A stretch of 64,000 nucleotides of DNA, from assembly GCA_964016885.1 (NCBI GenBank), contig OZ024740.1:341186001-341250000 (forward strand), read 5' to 3'. Each line of letters starts with the position of its first letter. The first letter of the stretch is position 1. Made by a program: the position numbers and the translations under genes. Positions 26,001-41,594 of this stretch are shown here, in pieces. This DNA comes from Eledone cirrhosa (taxonomy: Eukaryota). A model generated the notes under the pieces. The model made no database searches. It worked only from the letters and a program-made list of their open reading frames with translations, and had not been told where the DNA came from.

Positions 26001-26778
26001 GGTAAGGATATAATCTACCTGGCTTGTATGTTCCCCTGATCTGTAGGTGATCAAGTGATTGTCTCGTTTTTTGAAGTTAGTGTTACAGATAGTTAGGTTG
26101 TTTGCATCACAGAATTCCAGGATTCTGGAGCCTTCCTTGTTTCTAGTACCAAACCCATAGCCTCCGTGGATTCCGTCATAGCCGTCACAATGTTGTCCAA
26201 CGTGGCCATTTAGGTCACCAGCAATAATTATATAGTCACTGTCGGTTATTTGGGAGGTAGTGAGCATCAGTGTCTCATAGAATCTGTCTTTTATAGCGCC
26301 AGGCAGTCCGGATTGGGGCGCGTATGCAGATATTACTGTCACAGTAGTTCTATTTAGAACACGTCTTATTTTAATTATTCTGTCATTCACTCTATTTACA
26401 TCTATTATCTTATCCACCCATTTTTCTACTAACATGATTCCTACCCCACCTATCCCATTGTCATTTCCCACCCAGAAAAGCTTATAGCAACGTTTTTTAC
26501 CCACAATGAATCTAGCAGACCCGCCCCTCCACCTGGTCTCTTGGATACAGCAAACATCAACCTCCTTACGTTCAAGCAATTCTACAACCTCGTTAGAGCG
26601 GCCTTTTAAGGTGCCTACGTTCATGGTACCAGCTCTGAAGTTTTGGATTGTGTTTGGAGGATGGGGCGCAGGGAGGGGTGAGGGGAATGAGTTTGGGGTT
26701 ATGTTGGCCATCCGCGGCCGAAACAAAGAGGGGGGGGGGCTTGCCCTTTCGTCCGGCAGCATGAGGTGAATTTGTCGT
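23078..26778 (-). mobile_element. RTE LINE, near full-length (EN 25611-26762; RT 24342-25211 and 23459-24403)
   Basis: Complete APE motifs (NVGT, QET, GDLN, SQVDYIL, SQHRL), RT motifs, (GAT)n tail; a small duplication frameshifts just after YADD; possible decayed TSD atatttcatt. Confidence 0.97.
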
Positions 26779-26973
26779 ATATTTCATTTATTCAATGCAT
26801 TTGTTTCATATCCATTATTGATTGGATTGAATGAAGGTACATAGCCTAGTGATTGAGGTCTTGGACTCAAGTAAGGCACATAGCCTAGTGGTTAGTATGT
26901 TAGACGTACTATCATAATGTTGAATGTTTAAGTCAGAGTCTTCATTTCATATTACTTTTTCTGATCAGATTAA

Positions 26974-27171
26974 CCCTTTAGCATATAAACCAGCTGTATC
27001 CGGCCAGAATTCTCTCACCTCTTTCTGTTCAAACTGGCCATAACTGGCTGCTCATACTGATGTTGAGGTATTGTTCTCAAAATAAATAATATCAAAATCT
27101 CGTAGATTCAATATTATGTGTTTAACACAAAAATACAATACTAAATATAGAGTAGTGTAAATGCTAAAGGG
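26974..27171. mobile_element. piggyBac-type MITE
   Basis: TTAA|ccctttagcat ... atgctaaaggg|TTAA; reverse of 15503-15707. Confidence 0.85.
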
Positions 27172-27759
27172 TTAAACACCCATGAGCCCTATGAGATGAA
27201 GTCTCATAGGAGACCAGCTAAACTTGTATAAGTGTGGGATTATTTTGTTTTTTTATTTCATTATTGAATGACTTTGATACTTGTTTTTCTTTATACACTT
27301 ACAATCAACCCCTCCCAATATTTCACATTGTTCTAACATTATTGTTTTTCATTAGTCACTACTGTCTCTCTGCATTCACTTTCCATGCACTTACTACTAT
27401 AAAAACTCTACTTTGAAATCACCTTTTAACATAATAATAATAATAATGATGATGATGATGATATAGCAGTATAATTGAGTCATTTAATGTTGAATGTTTA
27501 TACAAAACTTTGTGGCTTTTCTTTTTTCAAATCTTGTTTTTCTAATTCCATAAGTATCCACAAAACTTTATAAGGCTAGCATTAACACTGCTGCCAAAGT
27601 TACTCATCTTTGAAAGTGTCCTTCCTATTTAAAAGAATACAATAGTAAATATAGAGTAATGTAAATGCTAAAGGATAAATGCTAACATAATATGCTGACT
27701 GAAACAACAATAAATCTCTTTTTTTATTACCTCTATCGTTCACTTTTTTTTTGTCATAA

Positions 27760-28010
27760 TGAGGTGAATTGACACAGTATGTATTTTCACTTTATTTGTG
27801 GCTTCTTTTTTATTGTCCATATTCAAGTAGTTCAATTTGCAACCATGGTTGCTATATGAGTGAATTTGGTTGATAGGAAGTCTATTGTGTGTGTCTATCT
27901 GTCTTTTGATGCCATTTAAATCAGTGTTATTTTTGTATGTCCTACATAAACAATATGTCCTGTGATTTAGTTGTTCATTGAAGGTCATTGATATATACCA
28001 TAATTAAAAA
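27760..28010 (-). mobile_element. Ancient CR1/L2-like RT remnant
   Basis: FLIMVYINDL...ILFM*DIQK resembles LFLIYINDL...LFADDTK; heavily decayed. Confidence 0.4.
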
Positions 28011-28757
28011 TAAAATATAGGTTGCATCAGGAAGGGCAGCCTTTTGTAGAAAAACTGACTCAGAAGACTTTTATAACATCTTCTAACATGGAAAAAGGGA
28101 TGTTAAAATGATGATGATGATGTTTGTTAAGCTGAGATTGATTAACCCTTTCCTTACCATATTTCTAATAAAATCCACTTTCAAATAATTTTGAAATTCA
28201 AGATTTTGGAAAGATTTAGTAATATAACTAACTTTCTCATTATTAAGTTCATGTTTGGAGTACAACTTAACAAAGATTATTATGTAAAATTATGACGAAA
28301 GTTTTAAATTTAAATATGAACACTTTAAAACAAATGGCTCTATATCATAAAACAAGGGGCAGTTTTAAGTGGTTTGGTATCAAAAGGGATTTAAAGATAA
28401 GGCAAACTTGCTGTGTTAAATATTAACTTTTGTATGCTATATATAAAGCCTTATCTAACAGCACCATACCATACATATGTTATCAAGTTTATAGGGCTAC
28501 ATACATATATACCTTACTCAGAGCCAGATTAATTATATCAAAGAGGGCATATTTGTCATACAGGGTGGAATACTTGCTATATGACACTCATGTCTTAAAG
28601 TAGAAGCTTCATGTCTTAGATGAACTGAAACCAGTGAGAAGCTACAGCTGGTGATGGGTACTCATGAAGGCTAGCAGTGCCACATAGTTGATAGGAACCA
28701 ATGAAAAGTGACAAAAAGCAAATTCATTTTCAGACATAATGTGTTATATCATGATAG

Positions 28758-29070
28758 TGAAGGTACATGGCATAGTGGTTAGCTCAGCTCACAATCACAA
28801 ATTTGTGAGTTCAATTCCCGGGCCCCATGGCACATTGTGTCTTTGAGCAAGACACATAATTTCACATTACTCCAGTCAACTCAGCTGGCAAAAATGAGTT
28901 GTATTTGTAATTCAAAGGGCCAGTCTTGTTAAACATTCTGTCATGCTGAGTCTCTCTGCGAACTATATTAAGGGTATGTATGCCTGTGAAATGCTCAGTC
29001 ACTTGCAGGTTAATTTCATAAGCAAGCTGTTCTGCAGTTTTAAACAACTAGGACACTTGTCATTATAAAC
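28758..29070 (+). mobile_element. tRNA-derived SINE with CORE-like domain
   Basis: tggcatagtgg A box, agttcaattcc B box, ttgtgtctttgagcaagacac; related to 18860. Confidence 0.8.
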
Positions 29071-29266
29071 TCAGAATAAGACACAAATGTAAATGCAGAT
29101 GTGAACACATAACAAAACTATAAATATATAGATAGATAGATAAATATATATATACATACACACATATATATATATGTGTCATCATCGTTTAACGTCTATC
29201 TTCCACGCTTGCATGGGTTAGACGCGAATTGTCCCATATGTATATATATATATATATGTATATATG

Positions 29267-29331
<65 letters not shown>

Positions 29332-29332
29332 G

Positions 29333-29541
<209 letters not shown>

Positions 29542-29568
29542 GTATATATATGTATATGTATATATATG

Positions 29569-29615
<47 letters not shown>

Positions 29616-29630
29616 GTATATATGTATATG

Positions 29631-29661
<31 letters not shown>

Positions 29662-29668
29662 GTATATG

Positions 29669-29699
<31 letters not shown>

Positions 29700-29846
29700 G
29701 TATATATATATATGTATATATATATATATGTATATGTATATATATATATATGTATATATATGTGTATATATGTGTATATATATGTGTATATATATGTGTA
29801 TATATATGTATATATATATGTATATATATGTATATATATATGTATA

Positions 29847-29887
<41 letters not shown>

Positions 29888-29902
29888 GTATATATATGTA
29901 TA

Positions 29903-29965
<63 letters not shown>

Positions 29966-29978
29966 GTATATATATATG

Positions 29979-30011
<33 letters not shown>

Positions 30012-30191
30012 GTATATATATATGTATATATATGTATATATATGTATATATATATGTATATATATGTATATATATGTATATGTATATATATGTATATGTA
30101 TTATATATGTATATATATGTATATGTATATATATGTATATGTATATATATATGTATATGTATATGTATATATATGTATATGTATATATATG

Positions 30192-30222
<31 letters not shown>

Positions 30223-30249
30223 GTATATATATGTATATGTATATATATG

Positions 30250-30280
<31 letters not shown>

Positions 30281-30379
30281 GTATATATGTATATATATAT
30301 ATATGTATATATGTATATATATGTATATGTATATATGTATATATGTATATATATGTATATATGTATATATGTATATATG

Positions 30380-30410
<31 letters not shown>

Positions 30411-30483
30411 GTATATATGTATATATGTATATATATATATATATGTATATATGTATATATATATATATGTATATATGTATATA

Positions 30484-30516
<33 letters not shown>

Positions 30517-30587
30517 ATATATATATATGTATGTATATATATATATGTATATATATGTATATATATATATATGTATATATATATATG

Positions 30588-30700
<113 letters not shown>

Positions 30701-30701
30701 G

Positions 30702-30732
<31 letters not shown>

Positions 30733-30733
30733 G

Positions 30734-30870
<137 letters not shown>

Positions 30871-31096
30871 ATGTATATATGTATATATATATATATATGT
30901 ATATATGTATATATATATGTATGTATATATGTATATATATATGTATATATGTATATATATCTATATATATATATGTATATATATCTATCTATATATATAT
31001 GTATATATATCTATATATATATATATATATTATATATATCTATATATATATATGTATATATATATATATGTATATATGTATATATGTATATATGTA

Positions 31097-31127
<31 letters not shown>

Positions 31128-31300
31128 ATATATATATGTATATATATATGTATATATATGTATATATATATGTATATATATATGTATATATATATGTATA
31201 TATATATGTATATATATATATGTATATATATATATGTATATATATATGTATATATATATATGTATATATATATATGTATATATATATGTATATATATATG

Positions 31301-31331
<31 letters not shown>

Positions 31332-31364
31332 GTATATATATGTATATATATATGTATATATATG

Positions 31365-31395
<31 letters not shown>

Positions 31396-31428
31396 GTATA
31401 TATATGTATATATATATGTATATATATG

Positions 31429-31554
<126 letters not shown>

Positions 31555-31654
31555 TGTACATATGTGTATATATATATATATATATGTACATATGTGTATA
31601 TATATTATATATATGTAATATGTATATATATATGTATATATATATATATGTATG

Positions 31655-31685
<31 letters not shown>

Positions 31686-31779
31686 GTATATATATATATA
31701 TGTATGTATATATGTATATATATATGTATATATATATATGTATATATATATATATGTATGTATATATATATATATATGT

Positions 31780-31810
<31 letters not shown>

Positions 31811-31827
31811 GTATATATATATGTATG

Positions 31828-31862
<35 letters not shown>

Positions 31863-31867
31863 GTATG

Positions 31868-31900
<33 letters not shown>

Positions 31901-32094
31901 GTATGTATAGTATATATATATATTATATATATGTGTATATATATATATATATGTATATATGTATATATATGTATATATGTATATATATATGTATATATAT
32001 ATGTATGTATGTATATATATGTATGTATGTATATATATATGTATGTATGTATATATATGTGTATATATATATATTATGTATATATATATATGTG

Positions 32095-32159
<65 letters not shown>

Positions 32160-32222
32160 GTATATATATATATGTATATATATATATATGTATATATATA
32201 TATGTGTATATATATATATGTG

Positions 32223-32255
<33 letters not shown>

Positions 32256-32283
32256 GTATATATTATGTATATATATATATGTG

Positions 32284-32348
<65 letters not shown>

Positions 32349-32359
32349 GTATATATATG

Positions 32360-32392
<33 letters not shown>

Positions 32393-32493
32393 GTATATAT
32401 ATGTATATATATGTATATGTATATATATGTATATATATATGTATATATATATATGTATATATATGTATATGTATATATATGTATATATATATG

Positions 32494-32524
<31 letters not shown>

Positions 32525-32670
32525 GTATATATGTATATATATATGTAGGAGGTGAGTTTTATTGTAGTACAATAAAGCAATGCAGATATCGGATAAGAAG
32601 CACTCTACAGTTTGTAGGACTGGAGTATGCATAATATAAGATCAAAAGATGGTTAAAGGAGTTCCATGTA

Positions 32671-32737
32671 TTTTATTATGTGCATTTCAAAAACAAACAT
32701 CATCATGCAATAATATTTGTGTTTTCATCAGATAAAA
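32671..32737 (-). ncRNA. Type I hammerhead ribozyme (helix III tgcgca changed to tgcaca)
   Basis: Mirror of 32898-32964. Confidence 0.75.
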
Positions 32738-32897
32738 CAGGAGAACATGATATGAAAGCTAAAAAACACTTGTGGATAGTACAGTTTTAAATCAACATAT
32801 AATCAACATGTTGATTTAAATTATATTTTAATCAACATGTTGATTTAAAACTGCACTATCCACAAGTGTTTTTTAGCTTTCATATCATGTTCTCCTG

Positions 32898-32964
32898 TTT
32901 TATCTGATGAAAACACAAATATTATTGCATGATGATGTTTGTTTTTGAAATGCGCATAATAAAA
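32898..32964 (+). ncRNA. Type I hammerhead ribozyme with palindromic helix III
   Basis: ttttat-CTGATGA-aaacacaaat...tgtttgttttt-GAAA-tgcgca-TA-ataaaa; intact core, AUA site. Confidence 0.85.
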
Positions 32965-33536
32965 TACATGGAACTCCTTTAACCATCTTTTGATCTTATA
33001 TTATGTATATATATATATATGTATGTTATATATATATGTATGTATATATATATGTATGTATATATATATGTATGTATATATATATATGTATGTATATATA
33101 TATGTATGTATATATATATGTATGTATATATATATGTATGTATATATATATGTATGTATATATGTATGTATATATATATGTATGTATATATATATGTATG
33201 TATATATATATATATGTATGTATGTATATATATATGTATGTATATATATATATATGTATGTATATATATATATATGTATGTATATATATATGTATATATA
33301 TATGTATGTATATATATATGTATATATGTATATATATATGTATATATATATGTATCTATATATATATGTATATATGTATATATATATGTATATATATATG
33401 TATCTATATATATATGTATATATATATGTATATATATATATGTATATATATATGTATATATATATGTATATATATATATATGTATATATATATGTATATA
33501 TATATATATGTATATATATATGTATATATATATATG

Positions 33537-33576
<40 letters not shown>

Positions 33577-33978
33577 TATGTATATATATATGTATATATA
33601 TATGTATATATGTATGTATATATGTATGTATATATGTATGCTATATATGTATGTATAATATATATGTATATATATATGTATATATATATATATATGTATG
33701 TATGTATATATATATGTATGTATATATATATGTATATATATATATATGTATATATATATTGTATGTATATATATATGTATATATATATTGTATGTATATA
33801 TATATGTATATATATATATGTGTATATATGTATATATATATATATGTATATATATGTATATGTATATATATCTATATATATATATATGTATATATGTATA
33901 TGTATATATATCTATATATATATATATATGTATATATATGTATATATATATATGTATATATATGTATGTATATATATG

Positions 33979-34009
<31 letters not shown>

Positions 34010-35079
34010 GTATATATATGTATATATATATGTATGTATATATATATGTATATATATGTATATATATGTATATATGTATATATATGTATATATATATGTA
34101 TATATATGTGTATGTATATATATATATGTATATATATTATGTATGTATATATATATGTATATATATGTATATATATATATATGTATATATATGTATATAT
34201 ATGTGTGTATATATGTATATATGTATGTATATATATATGTATATATATGTATATATATGTATAGTATATATATGTATATATATGTATATATATGTATATA
34301 TATGTATATATATGTATATATATGTATATGTATATATGATATATGTATATATATGTATTATATATATGTATATATATATGTATATATATGTATATATGTA
34401 TATATAGTATAGTATATATGTATATATATATGTATATATATATGTATATATATATGTATATATATTATGTATATATATGTATATATATATGTATATATAT
34501 GTATATATATGTATATATATGTATATATATGTATATATGTATATATATATGTATATATGTATATATATGTATATATATATGTATATATGTATATATATGT
34601 ATATATATGTATATATATGTATATATATATATGTATATATATGTATATATATATTGTATATATATATGTATATATATATATGTTATATATATGTATATAT
34701 ATATGTATATATATATGTATATATATATGTATATATATATATGTATATATATATATATGTATATATATATGTATATATATATGTATATATATATGTATAT
34801 ATATATATATGTATATATATATGTATATATATATGTATATATATATGTATATTATAATATATATATGTATATATATATGTATATATATATGTATATATAT
34901 ATGTATATATATATATGTATATATATATGTATATATATATATGTATATATATATATGTATATATATATATGTATATATATATATGTATATGTATATATGT
35001 ATATGTATATATATATATGTATATATATATATGTATATATATGTATATATATATATGTATATATATGTATATATATATG

Positions 35080-35110
<31 letters not shown>

Positions 35111-35184
35111 GTATATTATATATATGTATATATATATATATGTATATATATATGTATATATATATATATGTATATATATATATG

Positions 35185-35217
<33 letters not shown>

Positions 35218-35230
35218 GTATATATATATG

Positions 35231-35277
<47 letters not shown>

Positions 35278-35278
35278 G

Positions 35279-35341
<63 letters not shown>

Positions 35342-35357
35342 GTATATATATATATGG

Positions 35358-35405
<48 letters not shown>

Positions 35406-36078
35406 ATATATATATGATATATATATATGTATATATATATATGTATATATATGTATATATATATGTATATATGTATATATATATATATATAGTATATATG
35501 TATATATATATATGTATGTATATATGTATATATATGTATATATATGTTATATATGTATATATATATGTATAGTATATATATATATGTATATATATGTATA
35601 TATGTATGTATATATATATGTATATATATGTATATATATATGTATATATGTATATATATATATGTATATATATATATATGTATATATATATATGTATATA
35701 TGTATATAGATATAGTATGTATATGTATATGTATATATATATATGTATATATATATATGTATATATATTATATGATATATGTATATATAGTATATGTATA
35801 TATATATATGTATATATATAATATGTATATATATATATGTATATATATAATGTATAGTATATATATATGAATGTAATATATATATATGTATATGTATCAT
35901 ATATATATATGTATATATATATATGTATATGTATATATATATATGTATATATATATATGTATATATATATATGTATATATATATATGTATTTATATATAT
36001 GTATATATGTGTATATATATATATGTGTATATATATATATATGTATATATATGTATATGTATGTATATATATATGTAT

Positions 36079-36119
<41 letters not shown>

Positions 36120-36481
36120 TGTATATATATATATATGTATATATATGTATATATATATATATGTATATATATATATGTGTATATATATATGTGTATATAT
36201 ATATGTGTATATATATATGTATATATATATATGTGTATATATATATGTATATATATATATGTGTATATATATATGTGTATATATATATGTGTATATATAT
36301 ATGTATATATATATATGTATATATATATATGTGTATATATATATATGTATATGTATATATATATATGTATATATATATGTATATATATATATGTGTATAT
36401 ATATATATGTGTATATATATATATGTGTATATATATATATGTATATATATATGTATATATATATGTATATATATATATATG

Positions 36482-36526
<45 letters not shown>

Positions 36527-36528
36527 GT

Positions 36529-36987
36529 AGGAGGTGAGTTTTATTGTAGTACAATAAAGCAATGCAGATATCGGATAAGAAGCACTCTACAGTTTGTAGG
36601 ACTGGAGTATGCATAATATAAGATCAAAAGATGGTTAAAGGAGTTCCATGTATTTTATTATGCGCATTTCAAAAACAAACATCATCATGCAATAATATTT
36701 GTGTTTTCATCAGATAAAACAGGAGAACATGATATGAAAGCTAAAAAACACTTGTGGATAGTGCAGTTTTAAATCAACATGTTGATTAAAATATAATTTA
36801 AATCAACATGTTGATTATATGTTGATTTAAAACTGCACTATCCACAAGTGTTTTTTAGCTTTCATATCATGTTCTCCTGTTTTATCTGATGAAAACACAA
36901 ATATTATTGCATGATGATGTTTGTTTTTGAAATGCGCATAATAAAATACATGGAACTCCTTTAACCATCTTTTGATCTTATATTATG
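36529..36987. mobile_element. Fold-back element family B, copy 2 (inverted repeat 36612-36987), intact hammerheads on both strands
   Basis: Same tail and arms as copy 1; its two arms appear identical; central spacer is the reverse complement of that in copy 1. Confidence 0.9.
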
Positions 36988-37201
36988 TATATATATATAT
37001 ATATGTATGTATATATATATATATGTATGTATATATATATGTATGTATATATATATGTATGTATATATGTATGTATATATATATGTATGTATATATATAT
37101 ATATGTATGTATATATATATGTATATATATATGTATATATATATATATGTATGTATATATATATGTATATATATATATATGTATGTATATATATATGTAT
37201 G

Positions 37202-37232
<31 letters not shown>

Positions 37233-37344
37233 GTATGTATATATATATGTATATATATATATATGTATGTCTATATATATGTATATATATATATATGTAT
37301 GTATATATATATATGTATATATATATATATGTATATATATATGT

Positions 37345-37747
37345 ATGACCCCTTAGCCTTTGTCAAGGCAGAATTCTAGGAGAAGGAAAACTCTGATATA
37401 ACACCTGCAACCCTGATGGTATCCAATGATGTTGACTTGTTCTTCTTTTTGGTAAATATCATCTTGGTTAAGAGAGTGGGACTGGCTTTGTGCAGTGCCT
37501 TTGCTCACTATAAAAGCTTCACGGCACAGGCATTGCTTTATATCTGGAGATCTCTCTGCACTTGTCGTCACATGGTACCATGGGCCCAGTACTATGTGTC
37601 AATAATTGTCACAAGTGTAGTCTTTGTACCAGAGTTTTCAAGTCGCTGGCTGGACTAAAAAGTCACACTCGTTCAGCGCATCAGTAGGGGTTCTCCTACA
37701 TGGATATAAAGTAGTGGCCGTACTCGAAAACGAGTTGGCAGCCACCA
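37345..37747 (+). mobile_element. Bipartite RTE derivative, 5'-truncated second copy
   Basis: Near-identical reverse complement of 6307-6738, lacking its 36-bp internal duplication. Confidence 0.8.
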
Positions 37748-37839
37748 TATATATATGTATCTATATATATATATATGTATATATATATGTATATATATAT
37801 ATATATGTATATATATGTATATATATATATATATGTATG

Positions 37840-37894
<55 letters not shown>

Positions 37895-38175
37895 GTATGT
37901 ATATATATATGTATATATATATATGTATGTATATATATATGTATATATATATGTATATATATATGTATGTATATATATATGTATATATATATGTATGTAT
38001 ATATATATGTATCTATATATGTATATATATATGTATATATATATGTATATATATATGTATGTATATATATATATGTATATATATATGTATATATATATAT
38101 ATGTATATATATATTGTATGTATATATATATGTATGTATATATATATGTATATATATGTATATTATGTATATATG

Positions 38176-38220
<45 letters not shown>

Positions 38221-38245
38221 GTATATATATATATATGTATATATG

Positions 38246-38285
<40 letters not shown>

Positions 38286-38313
38286 TGTATATATATGTAT
38301 ATATATATATATG

Positions 38314-40226
38314 TATCATCATCATCATCATCAACGTTTAACGTCCGTGTTCCACGCTTGCATGGGTTTGGACGGGGGTTTTCCCACTTGAGGCAAGAGT
38401 GATTGTCTTGCTCGCATAGGACTGTCTGGCAGGTTTTCTACAGTTGGATGCCCTTCCTAACACAAACCACATTTACAGTGTGGGTCTGGGAGGTTTTTAC
38501 CGTGTTGCCTACACGGCCACATTACAGCGTGGACTGTGTGTTTTTTTGTTGTGACACCTACACGATCTCATTTGTTTCGACCTGGATGGTGTGGCTCCAA
38601 CATAACTTTACATAGAAGGGGGCGGTGTGGATGGGGTGGGGGTGGTGGGACGGGGGTGTATTTTGTTAGAGATGCCTACTGACTGTAGTAGGTTTTACTT
38701 TGTATTTAGGTAAGGCGGGTCTTCTCTATTACTGAGTACCGCCAAAGGTCTCGGTCCAGTGACATTGTCTTGGTGAGGTGTAAGTGTGTGAGGTCGGAGT
38801 TTATCAGCTCGTCCCAGGTTTTTCTGGGTCTGCCTATTCCGTGGCTACCGTCTATCTTTATTGCCCTGCACTTTGTTATACAGCTGTCGTCCTTCATGCG
38901 CATCACGTGACCATACCAACGTAGCCTTCTCTCTAGTAAACAACATCTGATCCCTCTTATTTCTAATTTTTTTCCTTAGTTCGTTTATGCTTTGTCGTTC
39001 ACGTATATTACTATTACACATCCAGCGGAGCATGCAAGCTTCGTTTCTCTCTAGTCTGCATATATCCTCTGCACACAATGCCCAGGTATCACTGCCATGC
39101 AACATTGCTGTTCGTATGCAGGCATCATACAGCCTGCCTTTCATTTTTAGGGAGAACCCTTTAGCGGCTAATAGTGGTATAAGCTCTCTGAACTTTTTCC
39201 ACCCAGTTCTGACTCTAGCTACTGTACTTTCAGAGCACCCTCCCCCACTGCTGATTTTGTCACCCAGGTAACGGAAGCTGTCCACTATTTCTATAGAACC
39301 CTCTGCGCAGTTGAAAGAGCTAGTATTTTGTGGGCACTTGCTGCTACTTATTGCCCCAGAACACCGGCCACATGTAAAATCTATGTTCTTAGTTAGCTTA
39401 CCTGTGATCCCACTACATCTTTTATGCACCCAAACTTTGCATTTGGGACACAAAATGTAATTTCTACCTACACCTTTCCTACACTCTGCGCATGGCCACT
39501 TCCCGGAGGGGACCGCCGCCTTATTTTCTTTCTTACAAACTAGAACTTTAGTCTTAGCCAGGTTAATTTTAAGGCCTTTTGATTCTAGGCCGTGCTTCCA
39601 TGTTTGGAATTTCTTCTCTAGCTCGGCCATTGATTCAGCTATGAGCGTTAGATCATCTGCGTATAGGAGTTCCCATGGGCAGCCACTCTTGAACTCCACT
39701 GTTATAGCCTGGAGGGCAATAATAAATAGTAGGGGGCTAAGAACAGAGCCCTGATGAACACCAACTTTTACACTAAACTCTTCACTATATTCGTTGTTAA
39801 TTCTAACCTTGCTGACTGTTTCTTTATACATGGCTTGTATAGCTCTCACAAGCCATTCATCAACACCTAGTTTTCTAAGAGCCCACCAGATAATGGAACG
39901 GGGGACTCTGTTGAAGGCCTTCTCCAAGTCGACGAAAGCTAAGTATAGGGGTTTACTTTTAGCTAGGTACTTCTCCTGTAGTTGTCGTACAATGAAAAGA
40001 GCGTCTGTGGTACTTTTTCCTGACACAAACCCGAACTGCATTTCATCTAGATCAATTCGCTCTCTGATTAGTTGCGCAATTACTTTTTCCGTGACCTTCA
40101 TGACCTGGTCGATTAATTTAATGCCTCTATAGTTACTCCTATCTAGGGCATCTCCTTTACCCTTATAACAGTTAACGATAATGCTGCTACGCCAGTCCTT
40201 CGGAACAACCCCATTCTGTATGACTT
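38314..40226 (-). mobile_element. RTE LINE, 5'-truncated at a (TA)n tract
   Basis: RT ORF within 38845-40226, YADD, (GAT)n tail. Confidence 0.97.
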
Positions 40227-40263
40227 GTATATATATGTGTATATATATATATGTATATATATG

Positions 40264-40298
<35 letters not shown>

Positions 40299-40309
40299 GT
40301 ATATATATG

Positions 40310-40346
<37 letters not shown>

Positions 40347-40356
40347 GTATATATAT

Positions 40357-41008
40357 AGACGACAGCTGTATAGCAAAGTGCAGGGCAATAAAGATAGATG
40401 GTAGCCACGGAGTAGGCAGACCCAGAAAAACCTGGGACGAGCTAATAAATTCCGACCTCACACACTTACACCTCTCCAAGACAATGTCACTGGACCGAGA
40501 CCTTTGGCGGTACTCAGTAATAGAGAAGACCCGCCTTACCTAAATACAAAGGAAAACCTACTACAGTCAGTAGGCATCTCTAACAAAATACACCCCCGTC
40601 CCACCACCCCCACCCCATCCACACCGCCCCTTTCAATGTAAAATTATGTTGGTGCCACAACATCCAGGCCGAAACATATGAGATCGTGTAGGTGTCATGA
40701 CAAAAAAAACACACAGTCTACGCTGTAATGTGGCCGTGTAGGTAAATGTGGTTGGTGTTAGGAAGGGCATCCAGCTGTAGAAAACCCGCCAGACAGTCCA
40801 CGCTGTAATGTGGCCGTGTAGGCAACACGGTAAAAACCTCCCAGCCCCACACTGTAAATGTAGTTGGTGTTAGGAAGGGCATCCAACTGTAGAAAACCCG
40901 CCAGAGTCCTATGCGAGCAAGACAACCACTCTTGCCTCAAGTGGGAAAACTCCCGTCCAAACCCATGCAAGCGTGGAACATGGACGTTAAACGATGATGA
41001 TGATGATA
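40357..41008 (+). mobile_element. RTE LINE 3' end with partly duplicated 3'UTR
   Basis: [30 protein letters not shown]..., (GAT)n tail. Confidence 0.95.
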
Positions 41009-41080
41009 TGTATATATACATATGCTCATATATGTATATACATATGCTCATATATGTATGTATGTATGTATATATATATA

Positions 41081-41269
41081 TTTCGTTTCTGGATTTGTTT
41101 AGCAAGATTCTTTATCTGAAATCGTGTGTTGAAACCGATATTGTTATACTTTGGGAGGGTCATGTTGCCAATAAGAAACACATCTGAAATCGTGTGTTGA
41201 AACCGATATTGTTATACTTTGGGACTGGTGCGTGTGTTTCTTATTGGCAACATAACCCTCCCAAAGTAT

Positions 41270-41277
<8 letters not shown>
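41081..41277. mobile_element. Fold-back element family C (arms 41138-41182 and 41233-41277, ~55-bp tail)
   Basis: Inverted repeat plus an internal direct repeat; flank marker catatgctcatatatgtatg is present on both sides; homologous to 56270-56350. Confidence 0.75.
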
Positions 41278-41328
<51 letters not shown>

Positions 41329-41352
41329 CATATGCTCATATATGTATGTATG

Positions 41353-41384
<32 letters not shown>

Positions 41385-41594
41385 TTTAGGTGAATAACCA
41401 AATATTTTATAGTTCAACTCACTTCATTCATTTCTACCATTGTTTTGATTCATCAAAATGTAATTGTAAACATCAATAACAGTTTGCAGATTAATTAATT
41501 AAATTAAATAAATCAACAAACATGGCTATTACATTTCAGAAATATATTTTAGATTTGGGGAATAATTGTGCTAGTTACCAGGTAGGCATGTGAT

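Larger units (their letters stand above)
32547..33005. mobile_element. Fold-back element family B, copy 1 (tail 32547-32629, inverted repeat 32630-33005)
   Basis: ~160-bp arms differing at 2 sites; hammerhead in each arm. Confidence 0.9.
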
